DNA of 64,000 bases from an uncultured delta proteobacterium (GCA_963711565.1 CAVQEQ010000001.1:1120001-1184000); one strand, 5' to 3'; counted from the first letter of the stretch, positions 52,899-63,218 are shown. Program-made: numbers and translations. The notes: generated by a model from the sequence alone, not told the origin.

Positions 52899-53717
52899 AT
52901 GAAGCTGAGCGGAAAAGTGGCGCTGGTGACAGGGACCAGCACGAATATCGGCGGCGGAATCGCGGAGGGTTTGGCGAGCGAGGGCGCAGCGCTGGTGTGC
53001 GTCGATACGCGCGCGGAAAACGCGGCCGACTGCGCGCACTACATCAAGAGCACGGGCGGACGCGCTGCGGCAGTGACTTGCGATGTGACCGATGAGCGGA
53101 ACGTGATCGACGCGGTCGCGGCGGCGCGCGAACATTTCGGCGGCGTCGACGTCCTGGTGAACAACGCGGCCATCTTCAATAAGAAGGGCGTGCTCGAGAT
53201 GTCGCTCGACGAATGGCGGCGGCAGCTCGAGATAATTCTCGGCGGCACGTTCCTGTTCACCAAGCATGTCGCCAAGTCGATGATCGAGCAGGGTCGCAAA
53301 GGCGCCATCATCAATATCATCTCGACCGCGGGCCATCAGGGCGAGCCGAACAACATCGCCTACTGCACCGGCAAGGCTGGTCTGCTCAACTTCACGCGGT
53401 CGGCGGCGATGGAGCTGGTCGCGCACGGCATCCGCGTCAACAGCCTTACGCCGACAGCGACCGATCCAATGGAGTCGCTCGAGCGCGCCGCGCGATGGGG
53501 CCGTCCAGCTCGCAGCGGCGAGCAACTCAAGAATGCGTTCGAGCCGTTTCGAAAGGGCGTGCCGATGCAGAAGCTGCCGAGTCCAAGCGATTACGGACGG
53601 GCGGCGGTATTTTTGGCGTCGGAGGATGCCGGAATGATCACGGGCACAGATCTTCGCGTCGATGCGGGTGCGATCGCGCGTTACTGGGCGTGGAATCCGT
53701 CGGAACCTCTCCCCTAA
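52899..53717 (+). CDS. Short-chain dehydrogenase/reductase
   Basis: VALVTGTSTNIG, DVLVNNA, YCTGK, GIRVN, ITGTDLRVDAG. Confidence 0.92.
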   Translation: MKLSGKVALVTGTSTNIGGGIAEGLASEGAALVCVDTRAENAADCAHYIKSTGGRAAAVTCDVTDERNVIDAVAAAREHFGGVDVLVNNAAIFNKKGVLEMSLDEWRRQLEIILGGTFLFTKHVAKSMIEQGRKGAIINIISTAGHQGEPNNIAYCTGKAGLLNFTRSAAMELVAHGIRVNSLTPTATDPMESLERAARWGRPARSGEQLKNAFEPFRKGVPMQKLPSPSDYGRAAVFLASEDAGMITGTDLRVDAGAIARYWAWNPSEPLP

Positions 53718-53742
53718 CCCCTCGCTCTTCAGGGGAGGGGAA
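53706..53742. repeat. REP-like family B hairpin overlapping the SDR stop
   Basis: CCTCTCCCCTAACCCCTCGCTCTTCAGGGGAGGGG; similar to 16056-16083. Confidence 0.6.
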
Positions 53743-53765
53743 CGGAAGGTGGCAGGAGAAGAAAA

Positions 53766-55058
53766 ATGGATAAGTCGGTTGAGAGCTACATCTTAGACGA
53801 TCAGGACGCGGGGCTGTTTCGCGTGAATCGGCGCGCGTTCACCGATCCGGAGTGTCTGGCGGATGAGCGGCGGCGGGTCTTCGACAAGTGCTGGATTTAT
53901 GTCGGTCACGAGTCGGAGATTCCGCACGCGGGCGACTATCGCTCGCGCAACGTCGCGGGACGACCGATGATCCTGGTGCGCGGCGATGACAACGTCGTGC
54001 GCGTGCTGCTCAACACGTGTACCCATCGCGGGTCTCTCGTATGCCGCCAGAAGTCCGGCAACGCCAGGACTTTCCAGTGTCCCTATCACGCGTGGACTTA
54101 TAACTCGCGCGGTCAACTTGTGGGAGTGCCGGGCGAGGAGTCCTATAGCGAGGCGTTCAAGCGCGATGACATGGGTCTGGTCTCACCGCCTCAAGTGGAT
54201 AACTATCGCGGATTTATTTTCGCGTGCTTCGATCCGGCGGCCGATAGCCTCTATGACTACCTGGCAGGCGCGCGCGAGTACCTCGACCTGGTGGCAGATC
54301 AGTCGGAGCTAGGGATGAAGATCGTGGCGGGGCAGCAGTCCTATAGCGCGCGCGCTAACTGGAAGCTGTTAGTCGAGAACAGCTACGACGGTTATCACGG
54401 CCTGCCGACGCATCAGCGCTACTTCACTTTCCTAAGTGACATAGGCATAGACATGAGAGGCCGCGACGTAGCGGCGCCGTCGATTCAGAAGGCGGTAGAT
54501 CTCGGTAACGGTCACGCCGTTGTGGAATACCAGAGCGCGTGGGGACGGCCGATTGCGCACTGGGTCGCGCCGTTCGGGGAGCATCGCAAGGTGCATTTCG
54601 AGGAAGTGCGGCGCCGTTTCGACGCGCGCTTCGGTCCCGAGCGGTCGCGGCGCATCTGCGAGACCAGCCGCAATCTTGGCATCTTTCCGAATCTTGTGAT
54701 CAACGACATCATGGCAATCACGGTTCGCACCTTTTATCCCGTTTCGCCCGACTACATGGAGGTTAACGCGTGGGCGCTGGCGCCGGCGGATGAGAGCGCG
54801 GAGGACTCGGCGCTGCGGCTCGACAACTTTCTAACGTTTCTCGGACCCGGAGGATTCGCGACGCCGGACGATGTCGAGATGCTCGAGTCGTGTCAGCGCG
54901 GCTTTGCCAACCGCGAAGTCGGTTGGTCGGATATCTCGCGCGGGATGAAACGCGAGCATCCTTCGATCACCGATGAACTACAGATGCGCGCGTTCTGGCG
55001 CCGATGGAATCAACTCATGACAGAACCGAGGCTGAAGCGCGCAAGGAAAGCGGCATGA
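53766..55058 (+). CDS. Aromatic ring-hydroxylating Rieske dioxygenase alpha subunit
   Basis: CTHRG...CPYHAW Rieske motif; NWK...ENSYDGYHGLPTH mononuclear Fe motif; TPDDVE. Confidence 0.95.
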   Translation: MDKSVESYILDDQDAGLFRVNRRAFTDPECLADERRRVFDKCWIYVGHESEIPHAGDYRSRNVAGRPMILVRGDDNVVRVLLNTCTHRGSLVCRQKSGNARTFQCPYHAWTYNSRGQLVGVPGEESYSEAFKRDDMGLVSPPQVDNYRGFIFACFDPAADSLYDYLAGAREYLDLVADQSELGMKIVAGQQSYSARANWKLLVENSYDGYHGLPTHQRYFTFLSDIGIDMRGRDVAAPSIQKAVDLGNGHAVVEYQSAWGRPIAHWVAPFGEHRKVHFEEVRRRFDARFGPERSRRICETSRNLGIFPNLVINDIMAITVRTFYPVSPDYMEVNAWALAPADESAEDSALRLDNFLTFLGPGGFATPDDVEMLESCQRGFANREVGWSDISRGMKREHPSITDELQMRAFWRRWNQLMTEPRLKRARKAA

Positions 55059-55546
55059 GTAGCACAGACCTGCCTAGTCGCCAGGAAGTGGAGGACCTCC
55101 TATATAAGGAGGCGGCGTTGCTCGACGAATGGCGGCTGGATGAGTGGTTAGAACTGCTTACTGAAGATGCGGTCTATGAGATACCACCTACTGATGTTCC
55201 CGAAGGCGATTCGCGGAATACGTTGTTCATCATAGCGGACGACGCAGTGCGAATCAGATCGCGCGTCAAGCAGTTGCTAGGCAAGGCGGCGTGGTCGGAA
55301 AATCCTCGTTCACGCACGCGCAGGATGATAGCCAACGTGCGCGTCGTCGGCGCCGAGGGTGATAAGATTCTCGCGACCGCCAACTTTGCCGTGCATAGGA
55401 TGCGATATGAGTCGGTGGACACTTATATAGGGCACTACGACTATAAACTCGTTCGCCTAGGAAATGATCTGAAGATCCGCGAGAGAAGAGCTATTCTCGA
55501 TAACGAAGCACTGCGCCCGCACGGCAAGATCAGCTTCATTCTGTAA
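55055..55546 (+). CDS. Ring-hydroxylating dioxygenase beta subunit
   Basis: LYKEAALLDEWRLDEWL, SENPRSRTRR; ATGA overlap with alpha. Confidence 0.93.
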   Translation: MSSTDLPSRQEVEDLLYKEAALLDEWRLDEWLELLTEDAVYEIPPTDVPEGDSRNTLFIIADDAVRIRSRVKQLLGKAAWSENPRSRTRRMIANVRVVGAEGDKILATANFAVHRMRYESVDTYIGHYDYKLVRLGNDLKIRERRAILDNEALRPHGKISFIL

Positions 55547-55579
55547 CGACAACGGTCGGCGAACACGTCGGAGGATGCG

Positions 55580-56562
55580 ATGGATGTCATCGACATGCAC
55601 AATCACTTCATCGCGCCCGCGGTAATCGAGTTTCTGGCGCGCGAAGGGAACCATTTCGCGACGAAGATCGTCGAGCGCGACGGGCGCCGGTTTTTTCTGA
55701 TCCGGGAGAAGGCGATGCGGCCGATCGACGGTCCGATCTCGAATGCGCAGGCGCGCATCGCGGACATGGATCGCGAGGAGGTCGCGGCGCAGGCGGTATC
55801 GTGCGTACCGTTCCTGATGTATCCGGACGTCGATACCGCGCTCGGACTTACGATCGCGCAGGTCAACAATGATGCGATGGTGGCTCTGGGAGCCAGCGAT
55901 CCCGATCATTTCGTGCCGCTGGCGAGCGTCCCGATGCAGAATCCAGCGGCGGCCGCGAGAGAATTGGAACGCGCCGCGAAGCTGGGACTTCGTGGCGTCG
56001 AGATTCCGCCGAAGGTCGTCGAACGTCAGCTCGATGAGCCCGATTTCGAAGTTTTCTGGGACGCGGCCGAGGCGCTGCGGATGGTGGTTTGCATCCATCC
56101 CTTTGAAGCCGCGCCGGCCGGAGCGCTTTCCAGATATTTTCTGGGCAACCTGGTCGGCAACCTTTACGACACCGGCCTCGCCGCCGCGCTGCTGATTTAT
56201 GGCGGCGTGCTCGAGCGGCATCCGAACCTGCGGGTCGTTCTGTATCACGCCAGCGGCGCCTGCCGGCGCTGGTGGGACGACTCGACATGGGCTATCGGCT
56301 CGTGCCGGAGTGCCGCAGCGCAATTCCGCGGCCGCCGTCCAGCTACGCAAATCAGTTCTACTTCGATATAATTGCGCACAGTCGCGGGATGCTTGGCTAT
56401 CTCGTGAAGACCTATGGAGCGGATCGATTCGTAGTTGGAACTGACTACCCGCTGCCTGCCGGCCTTGCGCATCCGGTGGAAGAGGTCAAAGCTCTCGGCC
56501 TCGAGCCTGGCGACGAAGATAAGATTCTCGGGGCGACCGCGCAACGTCTGCTACGCCTCTGA
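55580..56562 (+). CDS. Amidohydrolase_2 family (ACMSD-like decarboxylase/hydratase), one frameshift at ~56260
   Basis: IDMHNH, CIHP, YHASGA joins LPALVGRLD...YFD...GTDYP if one C is restored. Confidence 0.87.
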
Positions 56563-56614
56563 CGATTACCGCTTCCAGCGCCCGAGTGCTATACAGATTG
56601 GGAGGTGACACGCG

Positions 56615-57874
56615 ATGGCGACGAAGCCGCAAATGCTGCAAGGCTACAGGGTTCTGGATTTCACGCAGTTCGTCGCGGGACCTACTTGCACTCGGCTACT
56701 GGCCGAGATGGGTGCTGAAGTTATCAAAGTCGAACTCGCGCCCTATGGCGATCGAGTCCGCGCCGACGGGCTCAAGTCGCTCAAGCCCGAATTCAAGGGC
56801 TCGAATCATAGCACCTACTACATGCAGCATAATCATTCGAAGCTGAGCTTTGCGATCGATCTGAAGAAGCCCGGCGCCAGGGAGATCGTGACGGCGATGC
56901 TTCCCCAGGTGGATATTGTCGTCGAGAACTTTGCGCCGCGCGTGATCGATCGGCTGGGGTTTGCCTATAAGGACGTCAAGAAGGTCAATCCTAAGATCAT
57001 TATGTGTTCGATCTCGATGGCGGGGCAAACCGGACCGCTCTCGAACAAGGCTGGCTACGATTTTATCGGCCAGGCCTACGCGGGCATTACTGACGGTATC
57101 GGGCAGGTCGATGGTCCACCGGCGCTTACTACTATGGCTATTGGTGATGTCTCGACCGGGGTAGCAGCGGCGATGGCTATCGGCTTCGCGCTGTTGCATC
57201 GCGAGCGCACGGGCGAAGGCCAGTATCTCGACGCGTCGCTGCTGGACACCTACTTCCATATGCACGAGAAGACCGTCCCGATCGTGTCGTTGCGCGGCGA
57301 GAAATTTCGTCCGACGCGGAGTGGTTCGTTACATCCGGACGGCGGCACTACCGGCATTTTTCATTTTCGCGGCAATGAATACATTCAGATTACTTCGACG
57401 CCGCATCAGTGGCCGCAGTTCGTGCGCGCGCTTGGGATGCCCGAATTGGCGAGCGACCCGCGGTTCAAGGATGCGCGGGGGCGGCGCGATAACAAGGAGC
57501 AGCTTCGAGATGTGATCGAGGAGTGGCTCTCGAAACTTCCGAGCCGTGACGAAGCGATCGCGAGGCTCGATGCCGAACGGGTCCCGTGTGCGCCGGTGTT
57601 GACAGTGAACGAGGCGGTGAAGCATCCGCATCTCAATGAGCGCAAGACGGTTCGCTGGGTCGAGGATCCTATGCTGGGGACAGTCGCGATTCCCGCGGTG
57701 CCGGTGAAGTTCTCGGCGTGGCCGGATAAGACGGAATTGCGTTCCGCGCGGCTAGGTGAGGATAACGAGCGGGTCCTGCGTGAGCTCCTCAAGATGCCGG
57801 CGGATCAGATCAGTAAGCGCTATGCGGAAGGAATCCTGGTTCGCGATCCTACGCTCGAAGGCAAGCGGTCGTAG
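56615..57874 (+). CDS. CaiB/BaiF (family III) CoA-transferase
   Basis: LQGYRVLDFTQFVAGP, ENFAP, ISMAGQTGP, IGDV; GGAGG RBS. Confidence 0.93.
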   Translation: MATKPQMLQGYRVLDFTQFVAGPTCTRLLAEMGAEVIKVELAPYGDRVRADGLKSLKPEFKGSNHSTYYMQHNHSKLSFAIDLKKPGAREIVTAMLPQVDIVVENFAPRVIDRLGFAYKDVKKVNPKIIMCSISMAGQTGPLSNKAGYDFIGQAYAGITDGIGQVDGPPALTTMAIGDVSTGVAAAMAIGFALLHRERTGEGQYLDASLLDTYFHMHEKTVPIVSLRGEKFRPTRSGSLHPDGGTTGIFHFRGNEYIQITSTPHQWPQFVRALGMPELASDPRFKDARGRRDNKEQLRDVIEEWLSKLPSRDEAIARLDAERVPCAPVLTVNEAVKHPHLNERKTVRWVEDPMLGTVAIPAVPVKFSAWPDKTELRSARLGEDNERVLRELLKMPADQISKRYAEGILVRDPTLEGKRS

Positions 57875-57897
57875 GGAAGGCGTCGTCGGCGAATTGG

Positions 57898-59307
57898 TCA
57901 CTGAGGCTTGCATAGGTCTTCATTGTTGCCCTGACCCGTGTAGTTGAGAATTCCAGTCTGGAAAATCGGCGGTTCTACATTCCTATCAAGGTAGAGGTAA
58001 TACGGTAGTCGCGGTGCGATGGCATGGTTAGTTAGGAGGGCATCCAGGCCCGTTCGATGCGGATCGTCCCAACTCTGTCGGAGATAGGTTTCGTAAGTAG
58101 CGCAGAATTCCGTTCGGGAATTCGCCGATTGCAGCTTCGCGAAAAGCGCCGCGAGCTCACTCGATACCGTTCCGACATTGATCTGCAGAAACAGAATTTG
58201 ACAAGCCAGTAATGCCAGAAGGCCCATTGTAAGTCCTCGGTTGAAGGCGAAGACCTTGCCGGGTAGCTGTGCGCCGATAAGCCAGCACAAGCCAATCCAT
58301 ACGGCAGGATAAAGAAAGCGCTCTCCCGGACTTATCATACCGGCAAAGTCGTAGCCGCACGCGATAGCGGCGATTCCGCAGACGATTGCGGATGCGAGTA
58401 CTCCAAAGTTTCTTGCGCGGACTTTGACCCACGATAGGACGCAAAGGGGTAGCAGCAGAGTCAGAACGATCGCTGCGACCAGATTGAGGATCGCAAACAC
58501 TTTCATATAGGGAGCTTGGATGCCAAGCCATGGAAGAAATTCCGGAAAGGGGGAGAAGGCCGCGAGCCAGCGGCCCGCAAATTGATGCGGCGTCCAAAAC
58601 GTCCAGACTGGGCCGATCAGCTTTGGAGAAACGCGCTCGATTGCGTACCAAATCGTGAGACCTATCGATGACGCGAAGGAAGTGACGAAAGGACTCAGAA
58701 GGTCGGTCCGCGATTCAGCGAGGAGAAATGTGAGTGTGATGAGAATAGCGATCGCATAGGGCAGAAAGTGGCAAAAGAACATGGCGATGGATGCGCCGCC
58801 GACAAGCCACCAATTGATCGGTTCCCATCGGTAGATTCGACGAAACAAGTAGCCGCAATACAGGAATAGAACTGACAGCCCGAAAAGGTAAGCTAGCTCA
58901 CCCCAAAAGAAGTAGGTGTTCATCAGGAACATCAGTGGGATCAGCAGAAGAGGATTGTCGGTGTCGGTTCTGAGCGAAGTTAGCAAATAGGTCGAGGAAA
59001 GAGCTATCAAGATGATGCAGAGGGTCAATACGAGCTTTCCCGAGACCTCGGGCGGAAAGACCAGATCCAAGAGCCCAAGCAACGCAACCGTTGCTGTGTG
59101 AGGGACCGGGTAGTGCTTGAACGAGTAGGAAGGGAGCGTCTTGCCGTGAAGGAGTTCGGCGACGATGGAACCCTGGAAGACCCAATCGGGGTAATCCGAG
59201 AGCGGTAGAAAGCGGTGGCTCCAGATCAAAACCAGGGCGCTGATAACACAAGCCGCGAAGGTGCTTTGAAACAAGATGCGCCGGCGATCGAAGACGGAAT
59301 CCAACAC
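57898..59307 (-). CDS. Polytopic membrane protein, possibly GT-C-fold glycosyltransferase-like
   Basis: About 11-12 hydrophobic segments; PLSDYPD acidic loop after TM1; late ERF motif; lower GC. Confidence 0.6.
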   Translation of the reverse strand: MLDSVFDRRRILFQSTFAACVISALVLIWSHRFLPLSDYPDWVFQGSIVAELLHGKTLPSYSFKHYPVPHTATVALLGLLDLVFPPEVSGKLVLTLCIILIALSSTYLLTSLRTDTDNPLLLIPLMFLMNTYFFWGELAYLFGLSVLFLYCGYLFRRIYRWEPINWWLVGGASIAMFFCHFLPYAIAILITLTFLLAESRTDLLSPFVTSFASSIGLTIWYAIERVSPKLIGPVWTFWTPHQFAGRWLAAFSPFPEFLPWLGIQAPYMKVFAILNLVAAIVLTLLLPLCVLSWVKVRARNFGVLASAIVCGIAAIACGYDFAGMISPGERFLYPAVWIGLCWLIGAQLPGKVFAFNRGLTMGLLALLACQILFLQINVGTVSSELAALFAKLQSANSRTEFCATYETYLRQSWDDPHRTGLDALLTNHAIAPRLPYYLYLDRNVEPPIFQTGILNYTGQGNNEDLCKPQ

Positions 59308-59396
59308 TCTGGTGATTTACCAGAGTGCTAGGGTGCACCGGGAATCGGAAGATGTCACCCCTTCGACGCTGTTGAGCTGACGAACCACAATCCCAT

Positions 59397-62300
59397 TTAC
59401 ATACCGGTGCCCGTGAGGCTGACTGTGTGCGGGCTGCTCGGATCGCTGCCGATTGTCACAGCGATGCTTGCGCTCTCCGCCGAACCGCCCCCGGTCGGCG
59501 TGAAGGTCACGGCTATGGTGCAGGATGAATTTGCCGGCAGGGTCGTCCCGCAGGTGCCGCCCGTCACCGCGAAATCGCCCGCATTCGCACCGCTGATACT
59601 CTCACTCAGCGGCAGCGAAGATCCCGACAAGTTAGTAACGGTAACGTCCTTGGTCTTCGAGGTTGTCGTCAGGGTGCCGTACGCAATGGTGGCCGGAGTG
59701 ACCGTCGCCGGGATCGTGGCGGCGGTGCTGAGCGCAATCGTGTACGGACTGAGCGGGTCGGGACTGTCGGCGAGCGACAGCGTCGCGGATTCCGTTCCGA
59801 GCATGCTCGCGGTGAAGGTGACGTCGAGCGTGCACGAGCTGCTGGCCGCGAGCGTCGTCGTGCAAGTACCGCCGGTTATCGAGAAGTCGGAGGCGTTGAC
59901 GCCGCTGAAGCTCTCGGCAAGCGTCACCGCCTGGTCCTGATGATTGACCACGTTGAGGGCCTTCACAGCAGTAGATCCGATTTTCACGTTTCCAAATGCC
60001 AGACTGCTCGCCGAAAATGTCAGATCCTCGATGCCGGTGCCGCTGAGCGCGGACACCTGCGGGCTGCTGGTGGCGTTGTCGGTGAGCGTCAGCGATGCGC
60101 TGGGCGAGTCGGCCGCGGCGGGGGTGAATGCGACCGCCAGCGTGCATGACGTCTTGGGCGCTACGGTCACGGGAATCGGGCCGCAGGTGCCGGTGCCGTT
60201 CACGGCAAATTCAGGGTCGGACGAGATCGCGCTCGAGACGATCAGCGAATAAGTCGCCCCGGTGTTTTTGATCGTCAGAGTCTTTGTAGATGTCTGGCCA
60301 ACGGGAACGTTGCCGAATGCGAGCGACGCCGTCACCGTCATTGTGGTGGTTGGCGTCGCGGTCGGCGTTGCGGTCGCGGTCGAAGTTGCCGTCTGAGTTG
60401 GCGTGGCCGTTGCGGTAACAGTCGGTGTCGAGGTTGCAGTGACTGTCGCCGTTGGGGTCGAGGTCGCTGTCGATGTCGGCGTAGCCGTCGCTGTCGCTGT
60501 CGCAGTAACCGTTGGCGTCGCAGTCGCCGTAGTCGTCGGCGTGGCAGTGGCGGTGTTCGTCGCAGTAGCTGTCGCGGTCGTCGTGGCCGTTGAGGTTGCG
60601 GTGACGGTCGCAGTGGCGGTCGGTGTTGACGTAGCTGTCTGAGTCGGCGTGACCGTTGCAGTCGCGGTGGCAGTCGCCGTCAAGGTTGCGGTGGCGGTCG
60701 GAGTGGCAGTAGCCGTCTGGGTTTGCGTCACCGTTGCAGTTGCTGTCGGTGTCGAGGTTGCAGTGACGGTTGTGGTGGTAGTCGTTGTAGCCGTAGCTGT
60801 CTGAGTTGGCGTCACCGTTGCAGTCGGAGTTGCGGTTACAGTTACGGTTGCAGTTGCAGTTGATGTCGCAGTGACGGTCGCAGTCGATGTCGGCGTCGAT
60901 GTAGCTGTCGCAGTAGTCGTCGAAGTCGCGGTCGCCGTTGGCGTAGTCGTCGCCGTGGCCGTTGCGGTCTTAGTCGCAGTAGCCGTCGCGCTTGCCGTCG
61001 CAGTTGGAGTTGCGGTGCGGGTCGCCGTAGCTGACGCAGTAGGTGTCGCCGTAGCGGTAGCCGTCGGCGTGGCAGTGGCGACGGGCGATCCGAATGCCAT
61101 CACCAGGTTATTGGCATTGACGGTGCCGATCCCCGTCGCAAAGTCCCAGCCGACACCCGCCGCGAATGCCGTCTCAAGCGTGGAATCCGACGATGACAGG
61201 CCGCCGTAAGTGCCTGATGGCTTGTAGCAGTTGTTGGAGCCCGTGCAGTCGACATCCATGTCGCCGAGCGTGACGTCATAGAAGATACAGGATGGATTGA
61301 CCTCGTTGCCGAGGCTCGAATTGCACGCCGAATCGCCGCTGGTTCCGTACTCGGCCGCTGCAAGCGAGTAGTAAGTTGGATTGGGGTTTCCTTGGCGGCT
61401 CGCGGTACGTTGATTTATGAGCGCCTGGACTCCGGCCATGATCGGCGACGAAACCGACGTTCCGCCGTATCCCGCCCAGGTGTCGGGAGCTCCCGAGCAT
61501 GACGCGCCCCCGTTTTTCGTATCCGAAAAGCAAACTACGTAGTAATGCCCCCACACTCCGTTTGCCGCGAACAGTGAGACGTCAGGGATGTCTCTCACTC
61601 CATCGGCGGGATTGCCGAATATCGATTGCCACGCAGGCTTGTGGTAGCCGGCGCAGGTTCCGCTGACGACATCGCTGGTGGAGGGCGATCCCGTGGCGCA
61701 TCCGCTCGGTCCTCCGCTCCCCGATGCGGTGGTCCGGTAATCCTCCTTTCCCAAGGTGCTGTTGCAGAACCCACTGGTTCCGAACGGCGACGAATAGCCG
61801 GCATACAGACTGAGCAGTTCGCCGGCGCACGAGTCATTCCAGGGAATTTCCGGAACGTAGGACAACGCCGATCCGTAGGTTGAGCCGTTGGCCGATCCCC
61901 AATAGCTATTCACCGTGCCGGCATAAGCGTCGCCGAAATCGGTGCCGCCGACCGACACGTTGTACGGCGTCGAGGTGAATCCGCTAACCGCGATGCCGTG
62001 GGTGGCAGTCGCCTCGTCCGCGTCGGCGCTCGCCGCGCCTTCGTCGCCCGACGATACGAACACCGACACGCCCTCGGTCACCGCCTGCTGATACAGTCCG
62101 CTGATGTAAGCGTTGGTGGTTGCGCCCAGTTCCGCCTCCGCTTCTCCATAGCTGATGCTCACGATCGCGGGCGGAGTGCCGGATTCGCTGAGCAGGTTTT
62201 GCAGTGCGATGAATCCGCCGAAGTTCGTGCTGGTATTCGCGCACGATGCCAGCTCGATCGCCGCGTTGGGCGCCGCCGCGCTGGCCCATTCCACGTCGAT

Positions 62301-63218
62301 AGCCGCTTCGCCGTCGTCGCTGTTGACTCCGGGATTCGTGCAGGCGCCCCCGGTGCCGGTCGGTTGGACCTGCGTCAAGGTGGCTGACGTATATGTGCTA
62401 AGCCCGAGGACGCTGCGGAACGTCGTCCAATCTGTGGTCGAATGAAGATTGGTGTCCTCGAGCGTTACGATTGTTTGTCCTTTGCCGGAATATCCCGCGG
62501 CGAACAGCGGATTGAAATCGTAGATGGTCGCCAGGTCCGCCGGCACCATCAACTGGTAGCCGGTGCCGGTGGTGTAGTCCGTGCGCTGTCGATACATCGG
62601 ATGCGGCCGGAAGTCGTTGAGCGACACGACTCCCACCAGCGCGGGCGCGAGCGCGGCCGGGATGCGCGGATCGCTCATATTGGCGAAATGGCTTCGGCCG
62701 TTCACGGACAGCCAATGAATCCCAGCGTGGAAGGCCTCACGTATCTCTCCCGCATTGCCCGAAAAGTCGATCAGCATTCCACTCGGATAAACGTAATTGA
62801 CCTGGAACCCGTGCGTTCGAAGCCATGCGGAAATCGTCGCGATGTCCCGCGGAGTCGCGCCGAAATGATTGCCGAACTCCTGCGCGGTCAGCCAACGATG
62901 GTAGTTTGGCGAGCTCGGATCTTCGAGCTCGCCAATCAATTGGTCCAGTTCGCGCTGCTGTTGCGGTGAGCGCCGAAGTTGGAGGAGCAGATGGTCAAGC
63001 GCAAAATCGTCGGCCACGCGCCCACGATCGTTGGCGGCCGTCGCCTCGAAACGCACATTACCCGGCACTGGGATAGTGTCGTTGTCGTTGATCGCGTCCG
63101 TGATTTGATCCGGCGCGGAGGTTGCGCCGGAAAGCGCCCGCGCCGGGACCGACAGGAGGCCCATCGCCAAACCGCCTATCGCCAGAACGATCGCTATGAC
63201 CCAAATCCGTTTACCCAT
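59397..63218 (-). CDS. Secreted S53 (sedolisin/kumamolisin) protease with pro-domain, Thr/Ala/Pro linker and three Ig-like (ASPM-SPD-2-Hydin-type) domains
   Basis: Pro-kumamolisin SPNYHRWLT; EAAID, SSGDEG, GGTSVSSP; GWDFATGIG; three C-terminal repeats containing C...SC-T-x-x-V-x-F-T. Confidence 0.92.
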   Translation of the reverse strand: MGKRIWVIAIVLAIGGLAMGLLSVPARALSGATSAPDQITDAINDNDTIPVPGNVRFEATAANDRGRVADDFALDHLLLQLRRSPQQQRELDQLIGELEDPSSPNYHRWLTAQEFGNHFGATPRDIATISAWLRTHGFQVNYVYPSGMLIDFSGNAGEIREAFHAGIHWLSVNGRSHFANMSDPRIPAALAPALVGVVSLNDFRPHPMYRQRTDYTTGTGYQLMVPADLATIYDFNPLFAAGYSGKGQTIVTLEDTNLHSTTDWTTFRSVLGLSTYTSATLTQVQPTGTGGACTNPGVNSDDGEAAIDVEWASAAAPNAAIELASCANTSTNFGGFIALQNLLSESGTPPAIVSISYGEAEAELGATTNAYISGLYQQAVTEGVSVFVSSGDEGAASADADEATATHGIAVSGFTSTPYNVSVGGTDFGDAYAGTVNSYWGSANGSTYGSALSYVPEIPWNDSCAGELLSLYAGYSSPFGTSGFCNSTLGKEDYRTTASGSGGPSGCATGSPSTSDVVSGTCAGYHKPAWQSIFGNPADGVRDIPDVSLFAANGVWGHYYVVCFSDTKNGGASCSGAPDTWAGYGGTSVSSPIMAGVQALINQRTASRQGNPNPTYYSLAAAEYGTSGDSACNSSLGNEVNPSCIFYDVTLGDMDVDCTGSNNCYKPSGTYGGLSSSDSTLETAFAAGVGWDFATGIGTVNANNLVMAFGSPVATATPTATATATPTASATATRTATPTATASATATATKTATATATTTPTATATSTTTATATSTPTSTATVTATSTATATVTVTATPTATVTPTQTATATTTTTTTVTATSTPTATATVTQTQTATATPTATATLTATATATATVTPTQTATSTPTATATVTATSTATTTATATATNTATATPTTTATATPTVTATATATATPTSTATSTPTATVTATSTPTVTATATPTQTATSTATATPTATPTTTMTVTASLAFGNVPVGQTSTKTLTIKNTGATYSLIVSSAISSDPEFAVNGTGTCGPIPVTVAPKTSCTLAVAFTPAAADSPSASLTLTDNATSSPQVSALSGTGIEDLTFSASSLAFGNVKIGSTAVKALNVVNHQDQAVTLAESFSGVNASDFSITGGTCTTTLAASSSCTLDVTFTASMLGTESATLSLADSPDPLSPYTIALSTAATIPATVTPATIAYGTLTTTSKTKDVTVTNLSGSSLPLSESISGANAGDFAVTGGTCGTTLPANSSCTIAVTFTPTGGGSAESASIAVTIGSDPSSPHTVSLTGTGM
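60340..61082 (-). repeat. Low-complexity coding repeat (TATATPT-like)
   Basis: ~245 codons almost only Thr/Ala/Pro/Val/Ser, degenerate at DNA level. Confidence 0.9.

Noticed and set aside
60340-61082. Val/Ala-rich plus-strand ORFs or a non-coding tandem repeat
   Set aside because: Antisense of the Thr/Ala coding linker; third positions vary, so the repeat is at protein level
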